The translations under genes were made by a program, and so were the position numbers. The notes below the pieces were generated by a model, which searched no databases, had not been told where the DNA came from, and saw nothing but the letters and a program-made list of their open reading frames with translations. From assembly GCA_002189035.1 (NCBI GenBank), contig CM007990.1, positions 2,666,001 to 2,730,000 of the forward strand: a stretch of DNA of 64,000 bases, in the 5' to 3' direction. How positions within the stretch are numbered: the stretch's first letter is position 1; every line of letters starts with the position of its first letter. Below are positions 1-13,568 of the stretch, one piece after another. Source of the stretch: Utricularia gibba. Lineage: Eukaryota; Plantae; Magnoliophyta.

Positions 1-36
1 TTTAGAATTCGAGTGTGATGAAAGAGAATGCTGCAT

Positions 37-2304
37 TGATAAATGAGAAATTTAAAATTTACGTATCAAATAAATTTAAAATTCTAATTTACACTCAATC
101 ATAAAACAATATTAGGCCTAATATTGTGAAAACTAATGCTATGTGAAAAGCTAATAATGCATTCACATACCTAAAAAAACTATGTGAAAGATAATTTTGA
201 CCATAACAAAAAGTAACAAGAAAATTCGTACATCAACTCAACATAAGAAGGATAATTCATATCGCACAAAGTAAGCAACATATATTTTTCTAGCATTGAA
301 TAATAAAGGTATTTGAGGTTGAGCATCTTTGCATGTTGCTTGAAGTATGGGATACCCTTACTGGCTATTTTATGTTGTGATTTCCCTTTCTCTTCCTTTG
401 CATATCTACCTAAACTCAAAAACAATGGAATCAAGTTAGGCAAAAAATTTCTCTTTTCGTTTGTACCTATTCCTCCTCATCTACACTTTTGTCTGAGTGT
501 TTTGCTTGTAGTTCTGGCTCTTTTGCTTTCCTTGTTTTGCTCCATGTTCTCTTTGTGACAAGATGTATGTAATCATCCTCCTCCTCAATTGCTATTGTAG
601 CAATTGAGGCTGGCTATCCTTCTCTTGCTAGAATTTGCTCTGGTTTACAAGATTCCACTTCCATTTCACCATTTTCCTCTTCTACATTTTCTCAGGGTTC
701 CTCAGCCCTTGCTGCTGTCATCTCCACTTCAGGTTCAACACTCTCCCTATGTTTGGTACCACTTGATCGGTTGTAGGCATGTTGGAAGAGGTTTTTTTCT
801 ACAATTCTGACAAACACACTGAAAGATTTGAACAAGGTGAACGACAAAAGGGCATTCATCCCCAAATTCACCAAGGGTTTAAGGGCAAATATGTAAAATC
901 TCAATGCTTAATCAAGGATTCTAAACCTAACTCCTTTGTAACCACAACATAATTCCCCTATTTTTTTCAACAGGAACACTAAGCAATGCTCAAAATAACT
1001 CACAACTTGATCTAAAAGAGCAAAATCAAATGATATAAAATAAAATAAATAAAAACATAAAATTGAATAAAATTTCAAACTTGGGTTGCCTCTCAAGAGC
1101 ATCTTTGTTTCAAGTCTTGAACTCGAATTCTAGCATTTTCTATGTTGTTGTTGTATCCTTCAGGATAAGAACTTCAACTTCCTCCACAAACGTGTTCTAA
1201 GGATTTTTTCATAGAAAATCTTTAATATATGTCCATTCACATTAAATCGTTTTTCATTGTCTTCATCATAAATCTCTATGATCCCATTTGGAAAAAACTT
1301 CCTTCACTACAAAAGGTTCAATCTAGTGTGATTTGAGCTTTCCTAGACACAACTTTAGTCTTGATTGGAACAACAATACTTTCTAGTGAACTTCAAAAGA
1401 TCTTTTGGAAATGTGCTTGTAGTGATAATTTTTAGTCCTAGCCTTCAAATAACTTTGAGCTCTCGTAGTAATCATTTCGTAGTTCTTCCAACTTTAAAAG
1501 CTATAATTTGCTCTGACTTGGATAGAGACCTTCATCGAGATATAGGCTCTTCACAGCCCACGAGACTAACCTGAATGGTGAAGTTCCGACTGACAATTTA
1601 TATGTTGTCCATATTGCCCATAAAGCATCTCTTAGCCTCATTCTCCAGTCCTTCCTATTTAGGTTCACCACTTTCTCAAGGATCCATTTAATTTCTCTAT
1701 TTGATACTTCCGTTTGCCCATTAGTTTGTGGATGGCATGCGTTGAAGGGTTCTACAAAACATTGAACTACTTCAATACGCTCTTTAAGGCCTAATCATAG
1801 AAATGAGTACCTCTATCACTGATCAGCGCCTTAGGAGTCCCATAATAAACAAAAATTTTTTTATATAGGAAATTTTTTACTTTCTTTGCGTCGTCTATCC
1901 TTGTAGGGATAGCTTCAATCCACTCTGATACATAATCAACAACCACTAAAATGTAGTTGAACTCTGAAGAAGTGGGGAATGATCTCATAAAATCAATATC
2001 CCAAACATCAAATAACTCAAATACTAGAATCCCTTGTTAAGGCATTTCATCTTTGTTGGATAAACACTCTTTGGCATGGTGCACAACCTTTGGAATAAGT
2101 GTAAGAATCTTTGAAAATGTGAGGCCAATAACATCCACAGTCTAAAATTTTCCTTGCTGATTGGTTTGATCCATGATGACCATCAAAAGTTCCTACATGA
2201 CAAGAGTCAATAATTCTAGGAATTTCAAACTCATAAACATACCTTCTAATGACACCATCATTACATCTCTTCCACAAATAAGGATCATCTGAGATGTAGT
2301 ATTT
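37..2304 (-). mobile_element. Athila-like Gypsy element X, 3' part: decayed integrase, env-like ORF remnant, LTR U5 remnant
   Basis: Minus-strand KYYISDDPYLWKRCNDGVIRR...GHHG...KILDCGCYWP and YILVVVDYVSEWIEAIP...YGTPKALISDRGTHF (integrase). 37-175 resembles the PBS-adjacent LTR end at 12515-12675 (CGTATCAAATAAATTTA...TTTACACTCAATCATAAAACAA). Confidence 0.8.
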
Positions 2305-3808
2305 TGTTGGGTTTCTCGTACACATCCTATGTCTCAAAAGCAGCGGAATTTTAAAAATTTTCAGAAACCCCCAATGCAGATCTTCGAAGACGGTATACAT
2401 CAGACTAAGGGATGCTGAAATACCTTTCAGATGACTTCGTTGTTCACCAACCGCCAATAGGAGACGGCCTCTATGGTATCCACATGTGGAGCACTCCGTC
2501 GATAACCTTCTCAAGGCTCTTGAATGCTGGTCGAATTTCTCAGGTGCTAGTAGAGAAAAACGCCTCCTTGTGGATTAGTCTCTGAGAGCACGAAGACCCT
2601 TCGGAGCAGATCTCAAGATCTAAATCTTTTTCGATAGATATATGGTAACATATCAAATCATATCTCCGTAAAGATCTTATCTTGTGGAGATATGTATATG
2701 TTCCAAATCTTATCTATATATGATCTTTTATTTTGAGTTTAATCAATATTAATCTCAAAATAATTCTCAATTTAATTTATCCACTTTACCAATTACATCT
2801 CATGTAATTGTGTCATTCTATTTTATATTGTTGAGTGACTCCACTATTGTGTGTGACCCTATAGGCTTATTCAATCAAGGCCGTAATAATGGATTGATTA
2901 ATTAACTCTTAATTAATCAAATCCAACATTATCGATCATGAGTGATGTCTAGCAACATATCATGATCCCCAAGATTAAAGAAGAATCAGGTGAACTAATT
3001 AAGCCTTTCCATGACCAGCCACCATGCAATGAACATATTTCATCATACTTCTATCTCATTCGATACTAGAACATGGGTGTGTGTCTTTCTGATGTATCGA
3101 ACTTATAATTGCATTCAAGCAGTAACACTCAATGACCTACTCAAACAATTCGAGTGCCATTACCCTGGGCCCAGGACTTACTGTTAGGCTTTGATGCAAT
3201 TACTTGAGATATGATCTCATCGCTAACATGAGTGATGAATCCTTTATTGATCAATCAACTATCTCCAACCTTAAGGAGTCACATCCCTACTCATCCATAC
3301 TAGGCAAGCCATGGTTAGGCTCCCATTAGTAATGAGCGAAAATGTGAGCTTAAGATCAAGATAACTTTGTTGACCTCAAGTCTAAGCTTACTTGCACGGC
3401 TGTCATATTCGAGATCTTGCTACTAAAACTTGGTTAGCTTCCCATAGTAGCATCTCGAAGATGAGTCATCCAGTGAATCGATTCTCTAATCGACACCCAC
3501 ACATAGGTTCTAGTAATCTCATTACGTCAATTGTGAGAACCATTGCCTAAATAGTTTAGGGAACTCAATGTGTGCCAGCTTATCCATATTTGTGATATCT
3601 TCATTTCACAAATACTCTAGCCAGGGAGTTTTTAACTTGAGCATAAGTGTTTGAAGAATCTCACATTATGATCTCATCATAATTTCTATAGCACATAGAT
3701 CAAGTAGAGAATTTTATCAATGATATAAATTTGATCACAATTCAAAGTAAATATCATAAGATAAGATTTGCCAATGAGTTGATTGTCTCTAGAACACATA
3801 CACTAACA
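2305..3808 (-). mobile_element. Copia Angela-like 3' LTR (copy C1)
   Basis: TGTTGGGTTTCTCG...CACATACACTAACA termini; minus-strand PPT AGTGGGAGAT at 3809-3818; homologous to 8185-9634, 13868-14683 and 15817-16850. Confidence 0.85.
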
Positions 3809-4330
3809 ATCTCCCACTTGTACTGGAGCCAATGAATCATGTATCTTATAGCAATGGACTCTATGTACTCCATGGACATCCTAGTTCCATTGTGAATGGG
3901 CAGTCAATTCTTGCTTAGAACTTTTTTAAGTGACTGCACCTCCATTTAGGGTGAATATGTATCCTGACTGAGACTTCAAGTCATCATGATGAGATTGGAA
4001 ACATATTCTTTCATTTGGAGATCTTGACCACCATAAATCAAGAACATGCCTTTAGTCCTTCTTAAGTACTTAAGAATGCTCTTGAGTGTAGTCTTATGAT
4101 CCATTCAAGTGTTCGACTGATATATGCTTGTGGCACTTAAAGTATATGACACATCTGGTCTATTATACAACATGGCGTACCTTATTGACCCAATAGGAGA
4201 AGCATATGGGATTCGAGCCATCTAATCCCTATCTTCTTCTATTTTGGGGCACATCACTTTTGAAAGTGCCGTATGTGTCATGGGCAATAAACCTCTCTTG
4301 GAATCAGTCATGTTAAACCTCTTTAACACT
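3809..4330 (-). pseudogene. Copia RT/RNase H fragment (Angela-like)
   Basis: Minus-strand translation with stops: KRFNMTDSKRGLLPM...RIPYASPIGSIRYAMLYNRPDVSY...ILKYLRRTK...DDLKSQSGYIFTLNGGAV. Confidence 0.8.
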
Positions 4331-4340
4331 TGGCATATTG

Positions 4341-6337
4341 GTCCTTCAGCAACTTGGCATACTTGGGGACCTGTTCGATCATATCAAGAAGAGGAATAGA
4401 AACATTAACCTTCTTCATCATCTCCATGAAGGTTTTCAGTTCTTTCTTGTCCTTGTTCCTTCTTCGAAGCCTCATCGGGAAGGGTGGCGGTATGACTTAC
4501 AGCTTGATCTAATGAACTTCATTTGCCTCCTTCTCTTGAACATCTTTGGGTGGCTTCGGAACATCACTGTGCTGCACTAGTGAGTCATCTTGATCTTCAC
4601 CAATGATTTCTTCATCAACATCAGAATCGCTGTCTATGAACTCCAGCTCCTTTTCTTCAGATCTGTCCACCTTATTTGTGAACCATGGGTAAGGGTCTGG
4701 TAGGCCAGTTCCATTTCTTAGCGAGATGGCATTTATGTGCTCTGGATTCTACATTGGTTGTGATGGCAGTCCTCCCTTTGTTTCCAAGCGGTTATTTGCT
4801 TGTGCAAGCTGAGCAATCTGGCTTTGAATACAAGTGATTTGACCCTTCATGTCCTGCTCAGCATGCATCTTGGAGGTGCTTTCAGCAAGAGATTTCACCA
4901 TGGCCTCTAAATTGTGATTCGGTTGGTATGGAACCATGTGTTGTTCTGGAGGTCCAGTTATCTGCAATGGTTGAGAGGGTCCAGTGATAGTGTTCTGAGG
5001 AATACCAGGTGGGTTACCTAATGATGGTGCTTGACTAGGGGGTGCTGGCTATCTCCAACAAAAACCAGGATGATCTCTTCGAGGCATCTGATAATTTCCA
5101 TAGTTGTACGTCCCTCCTTGGTTCTGATAAAAGGCATTGACTTCTTCAACCGACATTTTAGGGACTCTCAATCCAGAGTCAATGTGAGATGACATAGAAC
5201 TTGAGGTTCCTTGATATCCTTCTTTTTGTTGAAGCAAGGCTTGAAGACCAAACTTCAACGTGTCGCTCATTGCTGCAAGTTGACAATACTTCTGAGTTTT
5301 CCACTCCATAGACCGCTTTTGCTGTTCCAATGTTTCCACCAGATGGTCTATAGGAGTTGTCATAACAATTGGCTATGAAATAGGAATTAGCAGCCATTTG
5401 TTCAATGAGTCTTCAGGCATCAGCACTGTGAGGGTTCGCTAATAGTGATCCATTACAAGTGGCATTCATCTATCCTCGAATCATAGGAGTCAATCATTCA
5501 TAAAAGTGCTGCAAGATCTAGCCTTCAATGAGTCCATGCTGAGGATAGGAGTTGTAGATTTGGTTGAAATGATCATAGTATTCCTATAAGTTTTCTCCTT
5601 TGCTCTGCATCATGGTTGTTAAGGTATAGCAATCCAAAAAATTTTGAACCATCTACTCCCATGTGGCGATAGCTAAAGGGGGAAGTCCATAGAGCCACTC
5701 CAAAGCTCGTTCGATAAGACTTAAGGGAAAAACTCTAAGCTTGACTTGATTCTTCGTGGCTGCCTTGGGTCGCATGGATGCACAACCCATATGCAGCTCA
5801 CATAGATGACGGTTAGGGTCGTCATTTTCCCTTCCAGCAAACTTTGGAAGCGTCTGGAATAAGTAAGGACGTAGCTCATAGTCTTCTTCTCCATCAAAGA
5901 TGATGCATAAGGGACGGTCTGAGTGATTTGCAGTGATTTCCTCCTTGATGGTCTGTAATGCTGGCCCACGGTTAGCGGGCAGTAATATTGGAAAGTTTCC
6001 ATGAGGTTGTTCTCTCTGGGTCTCAGGCACTACTAGTACTCCAACGGGTACATGTGCTACCATGATGTCTCTAGTGGTTGAACAGGATGTCTACTCTCTC
6101 TTTTTAGCAGCAAAGTTTCGTTCCACCTCTTTGTCCAAAGATATAGAACTTCTCGGTAAGATCTCAAGCTTGGACGAGCCCTTGATGGACCTAGCTGCAT
6201 AAAAAGAGAAAAACAGAGTAGAAACGCAAACAAGGAAAAGAAAAAAAAACAGAAAGAAAAAGGAAAAAGAAAAGAAGAGAAAAGTGAAAAATAAAACGAA
6301 ACTCACACATGCAACACCAAACACAAAAAAATTCAAC
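4341..6337 (-). pseudogene. Athila-like gag region and leader (family A), frameshifted
   Basis: LRPYLFQTLPKFAGRENDDPNRHL...VKLRVFPLSL...ALEWL (5653-6063); VNVSIPLLDMIEQVPKYAK near 4345-4420. Confidence 0.8.
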
Positions 6338-6356
6338 TCCCCGGCAACGGTGCCAA
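6338..6356 (-). promoter_or_regulatory. Primer-binding site, tRNA-Asp type (Athila)
   Basis: Minus strand reads TGGCACCGTTGCCGGGGA a few bases after the LTR terminal CA. Confidence 0.8.
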
Positions 6357-6361
6357 AAATT

Positions 6362-7665
6362 TGATGCGTGTCGTTTCCACAAAAAATTTTAATATTTTTT
6401 AAAACTCATAAAACACAAAAGCGTAGTACGGGTGTCGAACACAGGGAGTTGTTTTTTAGAGAAAGGTGAGGTACACCGAATACAACTGTCACGATTTGTA
6501 AACGGTTTTGAAGGTAAAGGTGCGAGAAACGTTGATGATGAAGCTTGAGTAAGGGAATAAGAGGGGTAACCTTAAATAAAGTAAATGTTCCTAGGTTTGG
6601 AATCCTGTCCAGCTATGTTCGTTGCGTCATCACTATTCTCTGGTCTTCTCGAGTACTCGGTTATAGGAGTAAGGAATTGCCTACCCTTCCTTACACTCTC
6701 TTGCAAGAAGGCACGGAAATAGCCCGATGTTGCTCCTCCTTGGATGAACGTGAGAATAAGAGGTCCTGCTAGCGTACCCTCATGGCCGAATTGCGCGCAT
6801 GTGCCCAAGTGTTGCCAATGACCCAATGAGTCCAGATACGAGGTCACTACCTGTCCATTGATCCTGAGGTATGGCCATAGACAAAACGTAGTCTTCCTCC
6901 TGCCAAAAGGGCGAGAGTTGGTGCTTTCCACCTTGCTCCTCTTCAAAACCCGCAGGTAGTGATAAGCTAACCATGAATCTTGAATAAGGGGACTGTTACA
7001 GAAAGACTGCAACATAGTCACACGAAGACATACGAAACCCGTTCGGATTCAAAGAAGAGATGAAGATAGGCTAATGAAACATAGATCTGAGGCTGTTCCA
7101 ACCCAGAAACTCAAGTTTCTAGCCGCGAACGGCCATACAAACTAAAGAAAACGAAAACAAGATTCTAGAGAGAAGCTAGAGGAAAATCCTCTAGAGAGAG
7201 AAACAAAGGTCTACACTAAACTAACTACTGCTTGTCCATTGTCTGAATAGCACTGAACTTCAATGAGAGTTTGAGATTTCGTGTGCCTATGGTTCTACTG
7301 AACTTGGGATGACTTGCAAGCAACGTCTGCTCTGACATTGGTACGCTAATGATGTTGCCTATCAGAGACTCCCGTGTTCCGCACGTCAAGGCTCATGATT
7401 AGGCGTCTGCAGTCTTCCGGAAATCAAGGGAATGTCAGCTCAGGAAGATCCAATTTGTTACCATCTGATGCCCTCTTTCTCTCACTTCCTCTAGAAAAAC
7501 TAGATAAAACTTAGCAAAATTATTAGATAAAATACAAGATTTAGGATAATTACCCTAAACTAGATAAAAACCTAAATCTCATATTATAGACTCCTCATTA
7601 GACATTTCTAATCACAATAAGACATAAAAACAACCTAAAAAATAGTAAGAAAATGACACTTAACA
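6362..7665 (-). mobile_element. Athila-like family A 5' LTR (A1)
   Basis: Minus strand TGTTAAGTGTCATTTTC...GACACGCATCA followed by the PBS; homologous to 9635-10810 and 40171-41276. Confidence 0.85.
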
Positions 7666-8184
7666 GTGAATAATTATCTTTTGAGAGTGAACAACTATGT
7701 TATCATCTCTACTAGTCTTAGCTTTGACCAAGAATTGTAGTTGCTCGAGGTGCTGATAAAAAACAAGAAGACAATTGGTTGGGCCTTGACAGATGTTGAT
7801 GGAATCTTTCTTTTATATGCATGAGTAAGATTCTTTAAGAAGATGGAGCCAAACCTATTCGTCAACCACAAAAAAGTCTCAACGCAAACATGATTAAAAA
7901 TAGAAATTATTAAACTTCATGATACAAGTATCATCTACTCCATCATAGATAGTCAATGGGTTAGCCCAATCCATGTGGTTCCAATGAAAACTAGCATGAT
8001 GATGGTGGAGACTGAGAAGGGAGAGTTAGTGCCATAGAGAATCCAAAATGGGTGGTATGTTTGCATAGACTATAGGAAATTGAATGAAATGACTAAAAAG
8101 GACAAGTATCCTTTACTTTTCATTGATCAAATGCTCAAAAAATTAGCAGAAAAATCATTTTTTTTTCTTTTTAGATGGTTATTC
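7666..8184 (+). pseudogene. Athila-like reverse transcriptase N-terminal fragment, inverted relative to element X
   Basis: KNKKTIGWALTDVDGI...DSQWVSPIHVVP...CIDYRKLNEMTKKDKYPLLFIDQML...LDGYS, cut by the LTR at 8185. Confidence 0.8.
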
Positions 8185-9634
8185 TGTTGGGTTTCTCGTA
8201 GACATCGTATGTCTCAAAAGCAGCGGAATTTGAAAAATTTTGAGAAACCCCCAACGCAAATCTTGGAATACGCTATACATTAGACAAAGGGATTCTAAAA
8301 TACCTTTCAGATGACTCCGTTGTTCACGAACCGCCAATAGCAGACGGCCTCTATGGTATCCACACGTGGAGCACTCCGTCGATAACCTTCTCAAGGCTCT
8401 TGAATGCTGGTCGTATTTCTCAGGTGCTAGTAGAGAAAAACGCCTCCTTGTGGATTAGTCTCAGAGAGCACGAATACCTTGGAGCAGATCTCAAGATCTA
8501 AATCTTTTTGATAGATATATTTGTGACATATCAAATCATATCTATATGAGATCTTTTTTTTTAAGTTTAATCAATATTAATCTCAAAATAATTCTCTATT
8601 TAATTTATCCACTTTACCAATTACATCTCATGCAATTGTGTCATTCTATTTTATATCGATGAGTGACTCCACTATTGTGTGTGACCCTATAGGCTTCCTC
8701 AATCAAGGCCATAATAATGGATTTATTAATTAACTCTTAATTAATCAAATCCACCATTATCGATCATGAGTGATGTCTAGCAATATATCATGATCCCCAA
8801 GATTAAAGAAGAATCAGGTGAATTGATTGAGCTTTTCCATGACAATCAACCATGCAATGAACATCTTTCATCATAATTTTATCTCATTCGATACCAGAAC
8901 ATGAGTGTGTGTCTTTCTGATGTATCGAACTTATAATTGCATTCAAGCAGCAACACTCAATGACCTACTCAAACAATTCGAGTGTCATTACCTTGGGCCC
9001 AGGACTTAATGTTAGGCTTTGATCCAATTACTTGAGATATGATTTCATCGCTAACATGAGTGATGAATCCTTTATTGATCAATCAACTATCTCCAACCTT
9101 AAGGAGTCACATCCCTACTCATCCATACTAGGCAAGCCATGGTTAGGCTCCCATTAGTAATGAGCGAAAATGTGAGCTTAAGATCAAGATAACTTTGTTG
9201 ACCTCAAGTCTAAGCTTACTTGCACGGCTGTCATATTCGAGATCTTGCTACTAAAACTTGGTTAGCTTCCCATAGTAGCATCTCGAAGATGAGTCATCCA
9301 GTGAATCGATTCTCTAATCGACACCCACACATAGGTTCTAGTAATCTCATTACGTCAATTGTGAGAACCATTGCCTAATCAGTTTAGAGAACTCAATGTG
9401 TGCCAGCTTTTCCGTATTTGTGATATCCTCATTTCACAAATACTCTAGCTAGGGAGATTTAACTTGATCATGCGTGCTTTAAGAATCTCACATTATGATC
9501 TCATCATAATTTCTATAGCACATAGATCAAGTAGAGGATTTTATCAATAATATAAATTTGATCACAATTCAAGTAAATATCAAAAGATAAGATTTGCCAA
9601 TGAGTTGATTGTCTCTAGAACACATACACTAATA
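8185..9634 (-). mobile_element. Copia Angela-like LTR (C2) with no PBS, PPT or matching TSD
   Basis: Full-length alignment by eye to 2305-3808; flanks TATTC and GCGCA differ. Confidence 0.85.
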
Positions 9635-10810
9635 GCGCACACGTGGCAAGAAGTGAGAGAATGAGGGCATCAGATGGCGACAAATTGGATCTTCCCGAGG
9701 TGACATTCCCTTGATTTCCGGAAGACTGCAGACGCCTAATCATGAGCCTTGACGTGCGGAACACGGGAGTCTCTGACAAACGACATCATTAGCGTACCAA
9801 TGTCAGAGCAGACGTTGCTTGCAAGTCATCCCAAGTTCAGCAGAACTATCGGCACACGAAATCTCAAAGTCTCATTGAAGTTCAGTGCTATTCAGACAAT
9901 GGACAAGCAGTAGTTAGTTTAGTGTAGACTTTTGTTTCTCTCTCTAGAGGATTTTCATCTAGGTTCTGTCTAGAGCCTTGTTTTCGTTTTCTTTAGTTTG
10001 TATGACCGTTCGCGGCTAGAAACTTCCGTTTCTGGGTTGGAACAGCCCCAGATCTATGTTTCATTAGCCTATCTTCATCTCTTCTTTGAATCCGAACAGG
10101 TTTTGTATGTCTTCGCACGACTATGTTGTAGTCTTTCTGTAACAGTCCTCTTATTCAAGATTCATGTTTAGCTGATCACTACCTGCGGGTTTTGGAGAGG
10201 AGTAAGGTAGAAAGCACCAACTCATGCTCTTTTGGCAAGGGGAAGACTACGTTTTGTCTGTGGCCGTACCTCAAATCAATGGACAGGTAGTGACCTTGTA
10301 TCTGGACTCATTGGGTCATTGGCAACACTCAGGCACACGTGCGCAATTCGACCATGAGGGTACGCTGGTAGGACCTCTTATTCTCACGTTCGTCCAAGGA
10401 GGAGCAACATTGGCCTATTCACGTGCCTTCTTGCAAGAGAGTATAAGGAAGGGTAGGCAATTCCTTACGCCTATAACCGAGTACTTGAGAAGACCAAAGA
10501 ATAGTGAAGACACAACGAACATAGCTGGATAGGATTCCAAACCCAGGAACATTTACTTTATTTAAGGTTCATTGCTTACGTTTATTTCTGTTGTATGTTC
10601 AAAAACCCTCTTATTCCCTTACTCAAGCTTCATCACCAACGTTTCTCGCACCTTTTACTTTCAAAATCGTTTACAAATCGTGACAGTTGTATTCGGTGTA
10701 CCTCACCTTTCTCTAAAAAACAACTCCCTGTGTTCGACACCCGTACTACGCTTTTGTGTTTTACGAGTTTTAAAAAATATTAAAATTTGTTGTGGAAACG
10801 ACATGCATCA
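9635..10810 (+). mobile_element. Athila-like family A LTR (A2), 5'-truncated
   Basis: Starts at GCGCACACGTGGC (internal in the 40171 copy) and ends GGAAACGACATGCATCA; right flank TTCAC. Confidence 0.85.
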
Positions 10811-12514
10811 TTCACTTCGTTCATATCCAACATAATCTTATTTTCATCAAAAGATAATTTAATGATGCTTCCCAAGGATAATAGTCGTATCTCTTGAACT
10901 TCTGTAGGCATGTTCACCACATAGAAGTCTCCTAGAAACACCAATTGTTCAATTTTTACGAAAATATCTTCAACTGATCCTTTTGGGGAGATCACTCTTC
11001 GATTTACAAGCTCAATTCACACTCCTAAAACTTGTAAAGGTCCTAACCTGAAAGTCTCATAAATAGAAAATGATATTATGTTGATAAAGGTCCTTGAATT
11101 TCTCCATTAACTTCCAAGTAAGAAGCACCGAGCAACTCTCACTTAGCTTCAAGTAAGTCAATATATTTCAAAATTGTCAAATTTAATTGGGTATTGACTA
11201 CAGCTCTCAACATCTTTTCCTTCTTGTGTTGTTCCTCTCTTGCTTTTAGCCTTCATGGAAATGATGGTAGGTTTACCTTCACAATAAGAGGCTCTGTAGC
11301 AATTTCTACATCGTTTTCTTCCACTTCTCCTTCCACTTCATGTTCTTCTCTTACATCAGTTTTACATCCGAATGGACTAATTCCTTCCAGGTTTTTTTTC
11401 TCTTTTCTCAGTGTTATCAAACTGATATTTTGTCTTCCTTTAGAGTTTGGATTCTACTTGGCTTGTGATGGTAAGCTTCCTTTTGGTTTTAGTTCCCCAA
11501 CCTGAGTTACTTTAATTTCCAAGTTCTTGATCGCTTGTTGATTCCCAACTTGGTTCTTGATTGATTGGGTCATAAAAGTCTTTAGAATTTCCTTCAATGA
11601 ATTTCTGAATTTACTCCAATGCAGTTTTGATTCGGAGGCGAAAATCCCTGTTGTCCAGAATTTGAGCTCTCACCATTGTAATATTGATCATTGTTGCTCC
11701 ATCTAAAATTACGATGATCCCTTCATCTTGTATTGTAAATGGTTGAGTAGAGATTATACTACTTCATTTGTAGCTCTAGATATCCTATTGTCTTCAAACA
11801 ATGCAAGAGCTTCTACAAGTATCTTTTTTCTCAAAAGTCACCTAGCTATTGTATCCGCCATTACCCTATTAGTATATAGCAGTCCATTATAGAAACACCA
11901 AAACGTTGGCCTGAAATCTATGATGTGGACAGGAACCCAGTAGATGATTAAAGCGCTCTCAATATTCATATAGAAACTCACTACTTGATTGCTCAATATC
12001 ACTGTTCTCCTTCTTTAACCTGAAAATATTTTTTCTCAAAAATACCTTTTTCATACTAGATGAGTCTATTATACTCCCAGGATTCAAAGAATTGAACCAC
12101 ATTTTCGCATTGCCCTTCAATGTGAATTGAAATGCTCTCAAGCAAATGACATTCTTAGTCATCTCAATACTCTTGCTGGATATACAAATTGCTACGACAT
12201 TGTCCAGATGTTTGTGTGTGTTCTCTCCAATTTTTTTCGTAATATTTTGACAGAAAGTTGATCATTGCGTGCTTCCATTCATTGGCTGTGTCATTAGAAA
12301 ATCTGATGCATGGCCCTTTGTACGTATGGTTTGTTGCATGTAGCTCATTCAGTATTATCTCCTATTCTGCAATAATCAAATTAACTTGGATGGCAGCAAG
12401 GAGTCTTCTCAACTCTCTTGTAGTTCCTCCTAGCAGCTCTCTCAATTTCAGGATTAAAATCAAAATCTCTTACACACAATAATTAAACACTACTCCCCGA
12501 TAGCGATGCCAATT
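10811..12514 (-). pseudogene. Athila-like element X gag-protease, decayed, with PBS remnant at 12495-12514
   Basis: SPKGSVEDIFVKIEQLVFLGDFYVV (10780-10995); CLRAFQFTLKGNAKMWFNSLNPGSI (11959-12162); degenerate TTGGCATCGCTATCGGGG PBS. Confidence 0.7.
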
Positions 12515-13568
12515 TCATAAACAAGAAATGAACACTCTCATATAAATGCAATTTCACGTATCAAATAAATTTATAAATCTAATTTACACTCAATCATAAA
12601 ACAAATATGAGCATAGTAGACTAAGGTAAAACACTAGGAGCTTTATGCTTGTTTTGTGAAAGCTAATGCATTCAAGTTTTGTCATAGTTGAAGATTAACT
12701 CTAAACTAAGATTAAGGCAGGTTGATGATAAGATACAGTAAATCAATAAACAAGACTTTAGGAACAACACGCTCATTACTATAATCATCCCACCCAAACC
12801 AAAAATCATTTATCTTAAAAAAAAATTCAAATTTACCTAAACTCTTATTTTACTCTAATCTTTAGTTTACCTCTAATTAGAGTTGTTTATCATAAACATC
12901 ACTACCTCTCACTCTTGGATCTATTCTGATGCTTTAAGAAAACAGTGTGATTATATGCCAAGCATGGTTTAATGAACAATAAACATGCTTATTCCCTTTG
13001 ATCCCAAGGCACCACTTGGTGTTTAATTAATCATAATAAAGGAATATAAAGCATGTTCATAACATAGCATCAAAGCATATTCATTTTACAACTTGATAAC
13101 AAGAAAAGAAACATAAACAATAACTTAATTGGAATAGGTTTGCATGCAAATGCTAAAATTGCTCTTGGCTAGAACTAATATTCCTGATAAACAAAATAAA
13201 TCTTCAAAGATAAACTTGGTTCCTCATTTCGTTTCCCTTTCTTCATCGTTCTTTATGATTTTCTTGAAGAACCCTTCTCCATATTGTGTTGCATATTCTT
13301 CCAAATTGTAGATAATTTCACTCCAAATTATGTCCAAGTTGTAGACTCTCACTCCAAATTATGTCCAAGTTGTACAAATCCCAACTTGTAGATATTTTCA
13401 GTAGTACAAATCCAAAAGATTCTTCATTTTAGCTTTTGTCCCCATCTTCTACCACCTTCACTATTCACTTTCAGGTCCTTAGGATTTGTATTATTTAAAA
13501 TGTGCTATATTACTCAATTAAAACAATGATTGGGGCTAAATACAAATCTGGAGTAAAGTACATAATCA
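12515..13568 (-). mobile_element. Probable 5' LTR of element X
   Basis: Adjacent to the PBS remnant; minus-strand start TGATTATGTACTTTACTCC; right flank GCATT matches GCATT at 33-37 if one T was lost there. Confidence 0.5.
13319..13374. repeat. 31-bp-period tandem duplication
   Basis: CACTCCAAATTATGTCCAAGTTGTA at 13319 and 13350. Confidence 0.85.

Noticed and set aside
6572-7021. Similar 100-150 aa ORF in all three family A LTRs (also 10224-10532 and 40641-41033)
   Set aside because: Explained by LTR homology; differences between copies are often non-synonymous, one copy has a stop and one a deletion, so there is no sign of coding constraint.
2300-8184. TATTT and TATTC left of the two Angela LTRs read as a TSD
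   Set aside because: Both lie on the same side of their LTRs, so they cannot be a duplication around one element.
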